Shown: one piece after another, positions 32,644 through 42,399 of the stretch | Numbering within the stretch: the first letter of the stretch is position 1 | Layout: every line of letters starts with the position of its first letter | Assembly (NCBI GenBank): GCA_026991575.1 | Contig: JALXBF010000029.1 | Span: 1 to 64,000 of the forward strand | Source of the DNA: Planctomycetota bacterium | GTDB taxonomy: Bacteria > Planctomycetota > Planctomycetia > JALXBF01 | Direction of reading: 5' to 3' | DNA: 64,000 nucleotides | Made by a program: the position numbers and the translations under genes | Notes under the pieces: generated by a model | The model's database searches: none | Told to the model about the DNA's origin: nothing | What the model saw: the letters and a program-made list of their open reading frames with translations, nothing else

Positions 32644-32663
32644 CGTCGATGGGGAGCAAGGGC

Positions 32664-34226
32664 ATGAGTCGAAATCGCGTTGTCATCTTTGACACGACCC
32701 TGCGCGACGGAGAGCAGAGTCCGGGCGCGAGCATGACGATTGACGAGAAGCTGGAGATCGCTCACGCGCTGGACGAACTGGGCGTGGACGTCATCGAGGC
32801 GGGTTTCCCGATCGCGTCACCGGGGGATTTTGAGGCAGTGCGTCGCATCGCCGCTGAGGTGCGGCGTCCGATCATCTGTGGTCTGGCCCGTTGTAACGAC
32901 GCGGACATCGATCGTGCCTGGGAGGCGCTTAGGGAGGCCGCACATCCGAGAATCCACGTCTTCCTGGCAACCAGCGCCATCCACCGCGAGTTCAAGCTCC
33001 GCATGACGAAAGAGCAGATCATTGAACGGGCCGTCGAGGCGGTGAAGCGAGCCAAGAGCTACTGCGACGACGTCGAATTCTCCCCTGAAGATGCGGCCCG
33101 CACGGAGCTGGATTTCCTTACGGCCGTCGTCCAAGCGGCTGTCGATGCCGGCGCCACAACGATCAACATCCCCGATACAGTAGGCTACTCGGTGCCCGAG
33201 CAGTTCGCGGCCGTTTTCCGCCACCTGCTGGAAAACGTCAGGGGGGCCGATCGCGTCGTCTTTAGCGCCCACTGCCACGATGACCTCGGACTGGCGGTGG
33301 CCAACAGTCTGGCGGCTGTCAAGGCAGGGGCGCGTCAGGTGGAATGCACGATCAACGGAATCGGCGAGCGGGCAGGTAACGCCGCACTGGAAGAGATTGT
33401 CATGGCCCTTCGCGTCCGCCGGGATTACTTCGGCTGCGATACGGGCATCCGTACCGAGCGGCTGTACCCGGTCAGCCGCCTGGTATCGAACATCACCGGA
33501 CTGGTCGTGCAGCGGAACAAGGCAATCGTCGGCCGCAACGCGTTCGCGCACGAAGCCGGCATCCATCAGGACGGCATCCTGAAAGAGCGGACCACCTATG
33601 AGATCATGCGGCCCGAGGACGTCGGGGTACCTCGGTCCGAGCTGGTGCTTGGCAAGCACAGCGGTCGACACGCCCTGCGGCAGCGACTGATCGAGCTCGG
33701 CTACCGGCCGACGGAAGAGCAGCTCGACAAGATCTTCGCAGCATTCAAGAAGCTGGCCGATCGCAAGAAGGAAATCTACGACGCCGACCTGGAAGCCCTC
33801 ATGGAAGACCACCTGCGTGCCATCGAGGAGACCTGGCGGCTGGAATCGTTCCATGTATTTGCCGGTAACAGCGTCACACCGACCGCCACCGTTCGGCTGC
33901 GCAACCTGCGCGACGGCGTCCATGAGGATGCTGCCACTGGCGACGGCCCGGTGGATGCGGTCTTCCGCGCAATCGAGCGGATCACCGGCATCAGCGCCCA
34001 GCTGACCGACTACCAGGTACGCAGCGTCACGGTAGGCAAGGACGCTCAGGGTGAAGTCACGGTCGAAGTCGAACGGGACGGCCGCACGTGGCGGGGCAGG
34101 GGACTGTCAACGGACATCATCGAGGCGTCCGCTCAGGCTTACCTGGCGGCGCTGAACCGAATCGTGCACTATCAGCACCGGACCGGGGAGCCGAACACCG
34201 AGACGGCAGAGGCGGTCGGCGAGTAG
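32664..34226 (+). CDS. leuA: 2-isopropylmalate synthase
   Basis: [47 protein letters not shown], regulatory domain GDGPVDA. Confidence 0.97.
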   Translation: MSRNRVVIFDTTLRDGEQSPGASMTIDEKLEIAHALDELGVDVIEAGFPIASPGDFEAVRRIAAEVRRPIICGLARCNDADIDRAWEALREAAHPRIHVFLATSAIHREFKLRMTKEQIIERAVEAVKRAKSYCDDVEFSPEDAARTELDFLTAVVQAAVDAGATTINIPDTVGYSVPEQFAAVFRHLLENVRGADRVVFSAHCHDDLGLAVANSLAAVKAGARQVECTINGIGERAGNAALEEIVMALRVRRDYFGCDTGIRTERLYPVSRLVSNITGLVVQRNKAIVGRNAFAHEAGIHQDGILKERTTYEIMRPEDVGVPRSELVLGKHSGRHALRQRLIELGYRPTEEQLDKIFAAFKKLADRKKEIYDADLEALMEDHLRAIEETWRLESFHVFAGNSVTPTATVRLRNLRDGVHEDAATGDGPVDAVFRAIERITGISAQLTDYQVRSVTVGKDAQGEVTVEVERDGRTWRGRGLSTDIIEASAQAYLAALNRIVHYQHRTGEPNTETAEAVGE

Positions 34227-34242
34227 CAAGGGGAAGCAGGGC

Positions 34243-34692
34243 ATGATCGTCGTGCTTCAGCGCGTGGCCGAAGCGGCCGTCGACGTGGAAGGCCGGCAGA
34301 TCGCCCGGATCGGCCGCGGCCTCGTTGCACTGGTCGGCGTGGCGGTCGATGACGGGCACGAGCAGGTGGAGTGGATGGCGCGCAAGGTCGCCGAGTTGAG
34401 GATCTTCGAAGACGAGCACGGGAAGATGAACCGGTCGGTGCAGGATGTTGGCGGTGAGATTCTGGCGGTCAGCCAGTTCACCCTGTTGGCCGACTGCCGC
34501 AAAGGGCGCCGCCCCAGCTTCGTGCGGGCCGCGCGGCCGGAGCAGGCCAAGCCGCTGTTCGACGAGTTCGTGGCCCTGCTGCGGGGACAAGGACTCGCCG
34601 TCCAAACGGGCTGCTTCGGGGCACACATGCAGGTGCACCTCACCAACGACGGTCCGGTAACCATTGTGCTCAGTAGCCCGCCGCCTAGCTGA
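34243..34692 (+). CDS. dtd: D-aminoacyl-tRNA deacylase
   Basis: LQRV..A.V, SQFTL, KGRRPSF, FGAHM, NDGPVT. Confidence 0.96.
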   Translation: MIVVLQRVAEAAVDVEGRQIARIGRGLVALVGVAVDDGHEQVEWMARKVAELRIFEDEHGKMNRSVQDVGGEILAVSQFTLLADCRKGRRPSFVRAARPEQAKPLFDEFVALLRGQGLAVQTGCFGAHMQVHLTNDGPVTIVLSSPPPS

Positions 34693-34836
34693 GAACCAAC
34701 GAAATGAGGCACTGCCGACCTAGATGCGGCTCGCTGCCCGTCTGGGACAGCCTCGCTGAGCACCAACGAGATAAGGCACTGCCGACCACGCCAGTGGTCG
34801 TGCGCAATGCGTCTCTCGGCAGTGCGTTCAGTGAGG
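34683..34836. repeat. Two 38-bp direct repeats separated by 29 bp, plus a partial inverted copy (CRISPR-like unit or structured repeat)
   Basis: 34683-34720 GCCTAGCTGAGAACCAACGAAATGAGGCACTGCCGACC versus 34750-34787 GCCTCGCTGAGCACCAACGAGATAAGGCACTGCCGACC (34/38 identical). 34816-34836 is complementary to both ends of the repeat. Confidence 0.7.
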
Positions 34837-34939
34837 GGTAGGGTGGGGTAGTAGTTGCTCCGGTTTGGGTCTGCTGCTATGATCGCTCTGGCAGGGGCAC
34901 ATCCGCTCGATAAAGAGGCTCTCTCGGGAGGAGGACGGT

Positions 34940-35917
34940 ATGTCTGAGGGTCGATCGATCGCATCCACGTTGCGGCGCCTCCTTGCTTTCATTGACCGCT
35001 TCCTGCTGAACCCTGCGGTCCTGGTGCCTCTGATCGTCGGACTCCTGGGCATGTCGGCGTACTTCTTCTACCTGGCCTATCGTGACTATCAACGGAGTCT
35101 GCAGCCGCCGCCTTCAGCGCTGGCCGGAGCGCGCCACTGGCTGACGGTCGACGAATTGCTGTCGCAGTGGTACAACGCCAAGTTCGTGCCGGCCGAGAAG
35201 GAGAAGCTGGCTGCGAGCCTGCGACGCATGCCTGGCAGGAACTGTGCGGAACCCCCCGAGGGTGGCCGGCCGCTTGCCCCCGAGCGGGTACTGCCCAAAG
35301 CGCGCACGGCGTTCTACCGCGACATGGCCGGCTGGCTGGCCGCACTGGCCGAAGACTCCTTCGACGCGTACCGCAGATGGTACGAGCAGGAGATGGGGTT
35401 CCACGTGGGCCCGCAGACGCGTAGGGAGATCATGGCTACGCTCCGTTCCCAGGAGATACCGTTCGGCGAGGACGACGACGGCTGGAAGCTACTGCAGCGG
35501 CTCTGGGATCTTGAGCAGCCGCGGTTCGCCGTGGTGGCGGTGGCTCCTGAGGTAAGCTGCGTGCTGTTCTGGGAAGGTCCGGCCTCACTGGCCGAGGCAG
35601 GCTCGCCGGCGGAGGGCTCTCAGGCGCGGCACGGCTTTCAGCATGCCATCCCTGGGCGGCAGTACGTGGAGCCGGGCGTCTATGGGCATGCGAAACTCCT
35701 GCACGGAGACGAGCAATCGGACAGCCAGCCGCGCAAGCTGCTGTTTGCTGACGTGGTGCTGATAGCCAAACACGGTGGGCCGGAGTGGAACGACCAAGTC
35801 TGTCCGTACTACATACGGCTCTACTATGATCCGCTCTGCGACCACTGGCACCCGATCTCGATGGGCCGTGCCCCGGCCGCCTTCCGAATCCCTCAGAACC
35901 AGACGTTCTGGTACTAG
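34940..35917 (+). CDS. Hypothetical membrane-anchored protein
   Basis: GGAGGAGG RBS; TGCTATGAT extended -10 upstream; single N-terminal TM; no family recognised. Confidence 0.7.
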   Translation: MSEGRSIASTLRRLLAFIDRFLLNPAVLVPLIVGLLGMSAYFFYLAYRDYQRSLQPPPSALAGARHWLTVDELLSQWYNAKFVPAEKEKLAASLRRMPGRNCAEPPEGGRPLAPERVLPKARTAFYRDMAGWLAALAEDSFDAYRRWYEQEMGFHVGPQTRREIMATLRSQEIPFGEDDDGWKLLQRLWDLEQPRFAVVAVAPEVSCVLFWEGPASLAEAGSPAEGSQARHGFQHAIPGRQYVEPGVYGHAKLLHGDEQSDSQPRKLLFADVVLIAKHGGPEWNDQVCPYYIRLYYDPLCDHWHPISMGRAPAAFRIPQNQTFWY

Positions 35918-36163
35918 GTAGCCGGTGGGGTCTACCGTGTGTGGTCCGGGTGCCCGTTTCACCCGGGCAAAGGTTCGGTCGCGAGCCTGTCTCGCTCAGG
36001 CAAGCTCGGCTGGTGTGGCGGGCGGATTGGGGTTGCGTGAAGTTAACATAACGGCCCTTATCAGACCCAGTTTCCCGAGAATTCGCCGCCGCAGCGGCCC
36101 AAAACCCGGGTTGATCCGATCCAGCTTGCCGCACGCGATCGGCGCTCGGACGTGGCGGAGTGG

Positions 36164-37327
36164 TCACGAGGACGGGGCCGGCGGCGAGGCCGACGAAACC
36201 GGCTTGCCTACCACCGATGCTCGCTGTCCGCCTTGCTGCTGGTCCGCCTGTTGGGCCGCCTGCGCCTCGGACTCCCAGCGACGCAGCAACTCAGCCCGCT
36301 GCTTCAGCTGCTCGGCAACCACCGGCCGCAGCTGCTCGATGAGTTCCGGAACGTGGCTGACGATCCGCTCGCCTTCGATGTAGACACCAATACGGCGGTA
36401 CCGCTGATAACGTTCCTCAAGGAGTTCGTCTACCGGCTTGCCCACCAGCTGCCGTAGGTAGCGGATCAAGTAGGTGCGGACTGTGTTCGCCATTTCGCGA
36501 TAGTCGCGGTGGGCACCACCGGGCGGCTCGGGGATGACATCGTCGATGACACCGAGACGGTGCAGGTCGCGTGATGTCAGCTTCAGCGCCTCAGCAGCCT
36601 TCGCAGCATGTTCCGGCGCACCGTCCTTCCACAGAATCCCGGCGCAGCCCTCCGGACTGATCACCGAATACCACGCGAACTCCAGCATCCCGACCCGGTC
36701 CGCAACCCCGATGCCCAGCGCGCCGCCCGACCCTCCTTCCCCGATCACGACCGTCACGATCGGTGTCCGAAGCCGGGCCATCTCCATCAGGTTCACGGCA
36801 ATCGACCGCGCCTCGCCACGTTCCTCAGCCCCGATCCCCGGATAGGCCCCTGGGGTGTCGATGAACGTGATAACGGGCAGGCCAAATTTCTCGGCCAGCT
36901 TCATCTTGTCCAGCGCCTTGCGGTAGCCCTCCGGATGGGCACACCCCCAGAAGCATTCCTTTTTCTCCGGAAGGGATCGCCCCTTCTGCTGGCCGATCAG
37001 CATGACCCGGTATTCGGAGATGCGAGCAAAGCCAGTGATGATGGCACGGTCGTCACCGAAGTACCGATCGCCGTGCAGCTCCAGGAAGTCGTCAAAGACC
37101 AGGTCGATGTAGTCACGTGTTTGAGGCCGGTCGGGATGGCGGGCAACCTGGATGATTTCCCACGGGGTGAGTTTGCTGTAGATTTCTCGTTTCAGGCGCG
37201 TGAGTTCGCGGCGCAGCTTGCGGATTGCCGCCGGATCGGGCTCCGCACTGCTTTCCAGGGCCGCAAGCTTCGCCTCCAGTTCCTGGATCGGACGGTCAAA
37301 GGCGAGTCGAGAATCCGGGCCGCTCAT
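36164..37327 (-). CDS. accA: Acetyl-CoA carboxylase carboxyltransferase alpha subunit
   Basis: ARHPDRP, ELHGDR, PEGYRKA, IDTPGAYPGIGAEERG, GEGGSGGALG, YSVISPEGCA. Confidence 0.97.
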   Translation of the reverse strand: MSGPDSRLAFDRPIQELEAKLAALESSAEPDPAAIRKLRRELTRLKREIYSKLTPWEIIQVARHPDRPQTRDYIDLVFDDFLELHGDRYFGDDRAIITGFARISEYRVMLIGQQKGRSLPEKKECFWGCAHPEGYRKALDKMKLAEKFGLPVITFIDTPGAYPGIGAEERGEARSIAVNLMEMARLRTPIVTVVIGEGGSGGALGIGVADRVGMLEFAWYSVISPEGCAGILWKDGAPEHAAKAAEALKLTSRDLHRLGVIDDVIPEPPGGAHRDYREMANTVRTYLIRYLRQLVGKPVDELLEERYQRYRRIGVYIEGERIVSHVPELIEQLRPVVAEQLKQRAELLRRWESEAQAAQQADQQQGGQRASVVGKPVSSASPPAPSS

Positions 37328-37492
37328 GTTTGCTTCGCTGCGTTCAGCCTTGCGCCGGCCGGCACGGCCAACGGGGCGGGACAGCCTAACCGCTGACGTC
37401 GTGCCAATTGTACCGTTGCCGCAGAGGCTGCATAGCCCGGATCTGGCCTACCTCACGTCGCCGCCAACACGCCGCCCACCGGAACACGCCAC

Positions 37493-38347
37493 CTACTCGG
37501 CCGCTGTCGGCTCCTTCACCCATAACGCGACCTTCTGAAACATCTGCAGGAATTCGCGCATCGACTGAGGGCGTTTGGCCGGGTCCTTTTCCAGCAGCTG
37601 CATCACCAGGTTGTCCATGAGTTCGGTCACATTCGGGTTGAACGTCCTCACCGGCCGCGGCTTCTCGTGGATTTGCTTGTACAAGAGAGCTGCAGGACTA
37701 TCGGCCCGGAACGGCGGCCGCCCGGTGAGCATCTCGTAGATCGTGCAACCGAAGCTGTAGATGTCGGCTCGCTGGTCCACTCGTTGCCCGCGAATCTGCT
37801 CAGGCGCCATGTAGCTGCGCGTGCCCTGCACCTTGCGCGACCGCCGAAACAGTCCAGCCAGAAAGCCGCCCATTCGCTCGGCCAGCGCGAAATCGATGAG
37901 CCGCACATCGCCAGAGCCGGCTACCAGCAAGTTCGTTGGCTTGACGTCCTTGTGCACAAAGCCCTTCTCGTGCAGGTAATCCAGGGCACTCGCCGCCTGC
38001 TCGATGATCTTGCGTGCCTGCTGATGCACGACCGGATGCTTGCGGATGATGCGAACGGCAAGGTTCACCGACGGGAAAAGCTCCATGATCAGGTGCGGCG
38101 CTTCCTTGTCAGGGAAATACTTGTACGTCTTGACGATGTAGGGATGGCTGAGCTGCATTCCGACCTTGGCCTCGTTGGCCAGAAGCCGGCGATGCAGCGG
38201 ATCGCGGGCAGCCTCCGGCAGCAGCACCTTCAGCGCGTACCGCCGCCCGCTGTAGACGTCCTCGGCTTCCCAGATCTGACTGTGCTGACCGGTCTGGATC
38301 AGGTTGACCAGCCGGTAGCCGTTAAGGATAACTGCATCATCTGACAC
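37493..38347 (-). CDS. Cytoplasmic Ser/Thr protein kinase (kinase domain only)
   Basis: YALK, HKDVKPTNLL, IDFAL, GTRSYMAPEQ, DIYSFG. Confidence 0.9.
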   Translation of the reverse strand: MSDDAVILNGYRLVNLIQTGQHSQIWEAEDVYSGRRYALKVLLPEAARDPLHRRLLANEAKVGMQLSHPYIVKTYKYFPDKEAPHLIMELFPSVNLAVRIIRKHPVVHQQARKIIEQAASALDYLHEKGFVHKDVKPTNLLVAGSGDVRLIDFALAERMGGFLAGLFRRSRKVQGTRSYMAPEQIRGQRVDQRADIYSFGCTIYEMLTGRPPFRADSPAALLYKQIHEKPRPVRTFNPNVTELMDNLVMQLLEKDPAKRPQSMREFLQMFQKVALWVKEPTAAE

Positions 38348-38454
38348 TGGCTTCTCCCGTCGTCACCCACTGCGGCGACCGCTGACGTCGGGCCAAGCGT
38401 TCATCAAAACTATACACCGCCGGTAGGGTTGTTCCGCAGCAACACCACATCGGC

Positions 38455-38949
38455 TCAGTCGCCGCCTGCGAACCGCTCCGCCATCTCCGAGGCCATCCGG
38501 TCGCATTCCTCGTTTTCCGCATGGCCGCTGTGGCCACGAACGAACTCGTAGTGCAACTCATGCTTGGCCAGTAACTCGTCAAGCCGCCGCCAGAGGTCCT
38601 CGTTCTTGATCGGGGCACGCTTGCCCTTGACCTTCCTTGCCCACCCGGCCGCCTTCCACTTCGCTAGCCACTCGCTCAAGCCCTTCGCCACGTACTGGCT
38701 GTCGGTCACCAGCCGCACCCGACAGGGCTGTTTCAGCGCTTCCAGACCGCGGATCACCGCCATCAACTCCATCCGGTTGTTTGTCGTGTGCGGCTCACCG
38801 CCCGCTGCCCGCTTCTCCCGTCCGGACCGCGGGTGGCGCAGGATGAAAGCCCATCCGCCCGGCCCAGGGTTGCCCTTGCAAGCTCCGTCGGTGAACAGGA
38901 TCACCTCGGGCTTCTCCGACCACTTTGTGCCCGCGCGACGTTTGGCCAC
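38455..38949 (-). CDS. rnhA: Ribonuclease HI
   Basis: FTDGACKGNPGPGGW, TTNNRMEL, TDSQYV, KNEDLW, VRGHSGHAENEECD. Confidence 0.97.
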   Translation of the reverse strand: MAKRRAGTKWSEKPEVILFTDGACKGNPGPGGWAFILRHPRSGREKRAAGGEPHTTNNRMELMAVIRGLEALKQPCRVRLVTDSQYVAKGLSEWLAKWKAAGWARKVKGKRAPIKNEDLWRRLDELLAKHELHYEFVRGHSGHAENEECDRMASEMAERFAGGD

Positions 38950-39254
38950 AGCACCTCACCTCCCCCTCGCTCAGCTTGCCCGCAGTTTCGGACCATGTCA
39001 ACGCATGGTACCGGATCGGAGCGGTCCAGGCTGAGGGGGTTCGAGGAAGGCCGCAGACCGGTTCGGTCAGGACCGTGCGGCGCGCGCGACCGTCTCTTGC
39101 ACACGATTGCGGCGAACCGCAAGCTGCCCGCCCATGGTGTGGTTCTTCCCCAATGGCAACGGTCCGGCATCCTGGGTGCGTTACGATTAAAGGCGGCTGC
39201 AGTTCTGGTGAGCGCAGGCCGAGCCGAAACCCGGTGGTGGTGAGCACCTGACCG

Positions 39255-39509
39255 ATGGGGAACCCGGCAAAGGAACGGGCAAAGGCGCTAAAGAAAGCGC
39301 GGAAGGCTGAGCTGAAGGCGGCCAAGAAACGAGCCAAGCAGCAGGCCGCTTCGGTCGAGGCCGAAGCCAACAGCGAGAAGGCGCGCGAGGAGGACCTGGC
39401 CAGGGAACAACTGCGGCTTCATCGCTGGCGGCTCTGGGCTGCCATCGCAGGGGTCTGCATCGCGCTCATCGGTCTGGTCCTTCGGATCTTGTCGCTCGTT
39501 ATCGAGTAG
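39255..39509 (+). CDS. Small basic protein with C-terminal TM helix
   Basis: Lys/Ala-rich coiled N-terminus and hydrophobic C-terminal anchor; plausible codon usage. Confidence 0.6.
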   Translation: MGNPAKERAKALKKARKAELKAAKKRAKQQAASVEAEANSEKAREEDLAREQLRLHRWRLWAAIAGVCIALIGLVLRILSLVIE

Positions 39510-39536
39510 TCATCCGTCGGTTGCGGAGCGCGAACG

Positions 39537-40820
39537 ATGAGATTCAGCCTGGCGCGTTTGACGATGTCGATTATCTCCGCGTTCATGCTCTTGGTAACCG
39601 TCTCCCGGCTAGCGGCCGCCGAACTGCCGCGCGCGAAACCAGAGGACGTGGGGCTCGACCCGGCGAAGCTTGCTGAGATCGCCCGGGTCTGCCAGAAGGC
39701 GGTTGACGAAGGTCTATCGTCCGGTGCGGTGGTCGGCATCGTGCGCCGTGGCCACATCGCCTATCTGGAAGCGTTTGGCTACCGTGACCTGCGAGCGCGC
39801 GTGCCGATGACGACCGACACGCTCTTCCGCATCTTCTCCATGACCAAGCCGATCACGACCGTCGCCGCCATGACATTGTGGGAAGAGGGCAAGCTCGGTC
39901 TGGACGATCCGGTCGAAAAGTACGTCCCTGAGTTCCGGTCGGCGAAGGTCTGGGCGGGTCGGACACCGAAGGGCGAGATGATGCTCGTGGATCCGCTTCG
40001 TCCCATGACGATTCGCGACCTGATGCGGCACACGTCCGGACTGACCTACGGCTTCTACGGCGACACGGAAGTGGACCAGATGTACATGGACGCAAAGCTG
40101 CTGGATCTGAAAAGCAACTCTCGTGAGCTGGTGCGCAAGGTTAGTCGCTTCCCCCTGCTCTACCACCCCGGCGATCGCTGGCGGTACAGCATCGGCGTGG
40201 ACGTGCTCGGCTACATCGTCGAACAGCTTTCCGGCAAGCCTCTGGACGAGTTCATGAAGGAGCGGCTTTTTGGCCCGCTGGACATGCGTGACACCGATTT
40301 CTACGTACCGCCGGAGAAGCTGGACCGCTTCGCCGTCAATTACGGTGTCAGCTACTCGGGAAAGCTCGTCCCGGTGGATGAGCCGCAGAAGAGTCCGCTA
40401 CGGCAGCGCCCGGGGCTACTTTCCGGCGGTGGCGGCTTGATCTCCACAGCGCGCGACTACCTGCACTTCTGTCAGATGTTGCTCAACGGCGGCGAGCTGT
40501 TTGGGCATCGGGTTCTGCGCGCCGAGACCGTGGCCCAGATGACCAAGAACCAGCTTCCCAAACACATCCGCCACATCGCCATCGCGCAACCTCGCGACGG
40601 CTTCGGCTTCGGGCTCGGATTCTACGTCGTCGTAAAGGAAAGCCGGTGGGATCCAGCGGCCGTGGTGGGCGAATACGGTTGGGCCGGCGCAGCCAGCACG
40701 CACTTCTGGATCAGCCCCAAGCATGAGCTGGCCGTCGTGGTGCTGCAACAGCGTATGCCTTACACCGACAAGCTGGCTCGTGCCATCAAGCCGATTGTCT
40801 ATGATGCGATCCGGGACTGA
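39537..40820 (+). CDS. Exported serine hydrolase, beta-lactamase class C/esterase family
   Basis: FRIFSMTKP (SxxK), LMRHTSGL, WRYS, SGGGGL, YGWAGAAST; signal peptide. Confidence 0.9.
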   Translation: MRFSLARLTMSIISAFMLLVTVSRLAAAELPRAKPEDVGLDPAKLAEIARVCQKAVDEGLSSGAVVGIVRRGHIAYLEAFGYRDLRARVPMTTDTLFRIFSMTKPITTVAAMTLWEEGKLGLDDPVEKYVPEFRSAKVWAGRTPKGEMMLVDPLRPMTIRDLMRHTSGLTYGFYGDTEVDQMYMDAKLLDLKSNSRELVRKVSRFPLLYHPGDRWRYSIGVDVLGYIVEQLSGKPLDEFMKERLFGPLDMRDTDFYVPPEKLDRFAVNYGVSYSGKLVPVDEPQKSPLRQRPGLLSGGGGLISTARDYLHFCQMLLNGGELFGHRVLRAETVAQMTKNQLPKHIRHIAIAQPRDGFGFGLGFYVVVKESRWDPAAVVGEYGWAGAASTHFWISPKHELAVVVLQQRMPYTDKLARAIKPIVYDAIRD

Positions 40821-40833
40821 CCGGCGACAGCCG

Positions 40834-42246
40834 TTACGGATCCAGCCCGCCCTTGAGCTTACGGCCCTTTTGCGGTGCCCTACCCTGCTCTTGCTGGAGC
40901 CGCTTCAAGTACTCGGCCACCGCCTGCTCTTCTTCCTGGCGCTGTGCTGCTTCGATAGCCTCTCGGCGCGACAGCCTCAGCCGCCTCTGTTCCGGCTGGA
41001 TTTCCAGCACCGTCACAGGAATCTCCTCTCCGACCTCGACCACCTCCGAGGGGCGCGTCACGTGGTGGGGGGCCAGCTCGGAGATGTGGACAAGGCCTTC
41101 CAGACCGGGCTCAAGCTCGACAAACGCGCCGTACTCGGTCAACCGGGTCACGCGACCGCGTGCCAGCGAGCCCGGGGGATACTTGGTCAGAGCCTTCTCC
41201 CACGGGCTGGGCTCCAGTCGCTTCAAGCTCAAGCTCACCTTTCCCTGCTCGCGGTCTACCTTCAGCACCTGGACCTCGACCTCATCGCCCGGGCGAACCA
41301 CGTCCTCAGCCCGCTGAACCCGGTACCAGCTCAGCTCACTCATCGGAATCAGGCCGTCCAGGCCCCCTAGGTCGACGAACACGCCAAACTCCCGCACTGC
41401 CCGCACCCTGCCCCTTCGGACCTGTCCTTCCTGCAGCTCCGCCAGCAATCGCTTCCGCGCCTCCTCACGCTCACGTTCCAGCAGCTTCCGGCGGCTGAGA
41501 ACCAGGCTTTGCTGGGACCGCCGGACTTCCAGCACCTCGCAGCGGAGCGTTTGCCCCACGAACTGGCCTAGGTCTTCGACATGTTCCAGTGCAACCTGGC
41601 TGGCCGGAATGAACGCTCGCACACCACTGACCGATCCTTCCAAGCCCCCGCGATTCTGGCCCGTGATCCGCACATCCAGCACGGTGCCTGGATGCACCGT
41701 ATCCCAATCGAACAGTTCCGCCGCGCCGGGCACGCGCAGCAGGTACAGCCCCTCGTTCGGGTCAAATGCTTCCACGATCAGCTCCACGCGCTCGCCTACC
41801 ATCGGGGGCCGTTCGAACTGTGCCTTAGGCACGACTCCCTGATCGCGGTCACCGATGTCGACAAATACGTCCTCCTCACCCACCGAGACGACCGTGCCGG
41901 TGACCTTGCCGGTCAGCGTCTGCTCCCGGACCGGCCGCATCTCGGCCGCCATCTGGTCGGCCAGATCCTCGTCGCTCAGCGCGGCGAGCATCCGCTCGAT
42001 CTCCGCTTCTTCCTCGTCGTCCAGCACGATGTGCGGACCCCGGCGTCGGAACGGCTGCTCGGCACTACCCGACGACGGCGGCTGTGGCACGGTCCCGGCA
42101 CCGCCTTGTTCGCTCGACGGCTGACCCTCCTGGCCGGATGCCGCGTTCGGCTCGCCGGCAGGTTCCTGAGCGGTCTCTGGCCGTTCCGGCTGCTTGTTCA
42201 GATCCTCAGAACTGCTCATCACCACACTCTCCCACGGCTCCCCCAC
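40834..42246 (-). CDS. S1 RNA-binding repeat protein (short ribosomal protein S1 paralog, 4 domains)
   Basis: Repeats FGVFVDLGGLDGLIPMSELSW and YGAFVELEPGLEGLVHISEL; acidic N-terminal extension; start uncertain. Confidence 0.85.
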   Translation of the reverse strand: MGEPWESVVMSSSEDLNKQPERPETAQEPAGEPNAASGQEGQPSSEQGGAGTVPQPPSSGSAEQPFRRRGPHIVLDDEEEAEIERMLAALSDEDLADQMAAEMRPVREQTLTGKVTGTVVSVGEEDVFVDIGDRDQGVVPKAQFERPPMVGERVELIVEAFDPNEGLYLLRVPGAAELFDWDTVHPGTVLDVRITGQNRGGLEGSVSGVRAFIPASQVALEHVEDLGQFVGQTLRCEVLEVRRSQQSLVLSRRKLLEREREEARKRLLAELQEGQVRRGRVRAVREFGVFVDLGGLDGLIPMSELSWYRVQRAEDVVRPGDEVEVQVLKVDREQGKVSLSLKRLEPSPWEKALTKYPPGSLARGRVTRLTEYGAFVELEPGLEGLVHISELAPHHVTRPSEVVEVGEEIPVTVLEIQPEQRRLRLSRREAIEAAQRQEEEQAVAEYLKRLQQEQGRAPQKGRKLKGGLDP

Positions 42247-42399
42247 ACGGGCCGGTCCTGGACGAGTACACTAAGTAGCTTCTGGTTCCTCAGAATCCTA
42301 GCTGCTCGCGGTGACGGTGGCAAAAACGCCCGTGTCCTTGATCCGAACTGAGGTCGTATGCCGCTAAGCGGAAAAGAATGCCCGAGGAGTGCCTGAACG

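Noticed and set aside
34683..34836. Integron attC site, hammerhead ribozyme or bona fide CRISPR array
   Set aside because: The R/L box spacing does not fit attC and the CUGAnGA core is absent. Two imperfect repeats with no cas genes are too few to call an array, so it is kept as a repeat finding.
40834..42246. Calling this gene rpsA
   Set aside because: Only four S1 domains and a long acidic leader; it may be a secondary paralog, so no symbol was assigned.
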